Part shown: piece by piece, positions 62,014 to 64,000 of the stretch | Position numbering within the stretch: position 1 is the first letter of the stretch | Layout: every line of letters begins with the position of its first letter | NCBI GenBank assembly: GCA_965178125.1 | Contig: OZ237742.1 | Location: forward strand, 744,001-808,000 | DNA: 64,000 bases | Origin: Bilabrum cf. latius | Lineage: Eukaryota | Reading direction: 5' to 3' | Notes under the pieces: generated by a model | What the model was told of the DNA's origin: nothing | The model's database searches: none | The model's input: the letters and a program-made list of their open reading frames with translations, nothing else | Made by a program: the position numbers and the translations under genes

Positions 62014-64000
62014 TCACAGCTCCTCGTCCCTCCCGGCAGCCCCGCCATCCGCACCACCCTGCGATGCACCTCCACCGCCACTCTGTACCCCGTGCTGCCC
62101 CAACAGCTTGACCAGATCAAAGTCCCTGACTCGGAGCGCAAATTGCATGGCGCTCTCTCCGTCGCCGCACCGCACGTCCTCCCCTCCCCTGCCGCCCGCC
62201 TCGAGCAGAACCTGCGCGGCGCCCGTCTTCCGGTGGCGCACGGCAACCAGCAGTGCAGTGCATCCGTCGCTCCTCGGAGCCTCAAGAACAGCTAGTGCGG
62301 GGGGTACTGGCACCCCCTGCGCTGACGCGCCCTCATTCTCACCCCCACTCTCACCCTCACCCGATCCATTTGAGCTCCCCGATGCGCCGGCAGCAGCCGG
62401 GGCTGACTGCCTCGGGACGTGCTTCAGCATCGCCTCCAGCGCCTCCTTGTTCCCTGCCTCTGCAGCCACATGCAGGGGCGTCTCCCCCTTCAACCCTCGA
62501 TCTGACGTGGAATACCCCGCGCGAAGCAGGAGGGTCACCACCTCCGGGTCACCAACCTAGGCGGCGTGGTGCAACGGGCTCCGGCCAGTGCCACTCGCCC
62601 GCAGCCCCAGACCAGCCTCGCGACCCATGGCGCCCATCAGACGGTAGGCCACCGCCATAGCGCCCCTACCCCTGCCGTCGCACGCGAGGTGCAGTGGCGA
62701 AAGACCGTCCTTGCCCGCCTCGGCGAACGGCGAAGCGCCGGCCTGGAGCAGCTGCTCCACAGCCTGCATAGCGTGCGTGCCCGCCGCAAAGTGCAGAGCA
62801 GTGGCCCCGCTGGACTCAACGGTCCTGTTCACGTCCGCGCCCGCCCTCAGAAGCATCGAAATCACCCTCTACCCCCGCCTCCCCGCCCTCGCCGCGACGT
62901 GCAGCGCAGTCTGCCCGTCGGGCCCCGCCGCATCCACCTTGGTACGCTCGTCCGCCAGCAGCTCGGCGACCACCAGCCAGTGTCCCTGCTCGGCAGCGGC
63001 ATGGAGGGGCGTGCCGCCGTCCTTGGTCGCCTTGTTCGGGTCAGCCCCGCCCTTGCGCATGAGAAGTCGCACGGCGTTCGTCCTGCCCATCCCGCTGGCA
63101 TAGAAGAGCGGCGTGGCCCCCAGCTTGCTCGCCCTGTCCACCAGAGTGCGTTCCTGGGCAAGGATTGCGTCTACGACGCCGTCGTAGCCGTTGCCCGCCG
63201 CCTGGTACAGTGCAGTGGTGCCATCCCGAGGCAAGCGCGCGTTGAGAAGGACCTGCCCGTCTCGTTTCTCAAGAAGCATGGCGGCCGCTTCTGGCCTATT
63301 GTACATGGCTGCGATCATCAGAGGGGTGCTGCCCTCCATGCTGGCCGCCTGGCGCGCCCCGCCATCCAGGAGTGCCTTCACGCAAGCGGTGTGGCCGTTC
63401 TCCACCGCGGCGTGCAGGGCCGTGGCACCGTTTCCCGCCTCGAACCCAAAATTGGAGAGATGCTCGTACCCCGTCCCCTCCACGCTCTCGCTGCCTTCGA
63501 AGAAGCCGTAGTCCGGATCGCCGGGGTCCGGGGAGCCGAACTCCTCGCTCATGCTACGGTGCAGCGTCACGTCCATGCTCGGCGGGGTCACCGGCATCTC
63601 GAAATTCGGATCGGCTCCCGCCTGCAAGAGGGCGGTTACAACCGCCGTGTGCCCGTTCTGCGAAGCGAGGTACAGAGGAGTCGTGTCCCCCAGCAGCTTG
63701 CCATTGATGTCCCCGCCGCATTTTGCCAGGGCGACGACGGCGTCCGTCATGCTCAGATCGGCAGCGGCGTGCAGCGGCGTGCCACCGTGCACTTTTTCCG
63801 CCGAAGCATCTGCTCCGTGCTCGCACAGGACCTCGATTGCCTCCACCGCGCCCATCTCGGCGGCGAAGTGCAGCGGCGTGCTCCCCGCAAACTTGTGCTT
63901 CGCATCGATGTCTGCGTGTGCTTCTACCAGCAGTCGTATGATTTCCGTTTGGTTCATGGTGGCTGCCACGTGGAGAGGCGCCATGCCTGCGTTGGATGCC
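62014..64000 (-). CDS. Multi-ankyrin-repeat protein; 5' truncated by window edge
   Basis: Many TPLH/TALH repeats in one frame through TAG at 62869 and 62557; ends TGA at 62014. Confidence 0.92.

Noticed and set aside
1-64000. Cluster of pseudogenes or sequencing errors explaining the fragmented ORFs
   Set aside because: Interruptions are only TAG, frames and catalytic motifs are intact, and essential genes are affected.
1-64000. Pyrrolysine or selenocysteine recoding
   Set aside because: TAG sites are numerous, mostly in linkers and aligned to Gln/Glu rather than catalytic positions; TGA behaves as the normal stop.

Overview
Gene-dense, GC-rich eukaryotic nuclear DNA with short GT-AG introns (mostly 85-140 nt; donors often GTGAG, acceptors often CGCAG) and about 28 protein-coding genes. 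Centrin, RABL2, a kinesin-9 and a FAM183-like gene point to a flagellate; a heterotrophic stramenopile or bicosoecid-like lineage is my guess, not proven. The main result is that the standard-code ORF track is misleading. About 90 in-frame TAG codons interrupt otherwise intact genes (24 genes by hand count), with no internal TAA or TGA in those genes. Genes end in TGA, or in TAA in about three cases. TAG falls at positions where homologues usually have Gln and inside a CAG poly-Gln run. This indicates a variant nuclear genetic code, UAG=Gln with UAA and UGA still stops, which is a rare decoupling of UAG from UAA. Other observations: a PRDM9-like 87-bp minisatellite zinc-finger array, an eIF3j-like protein with an internally duplicated domain and a 6-nt microexon, a kinesin-9 with a PH-like tail, and a 65-bp duplication of a gene end that differs only at synonymous sites. 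All coordinates and translations were derived by hand.
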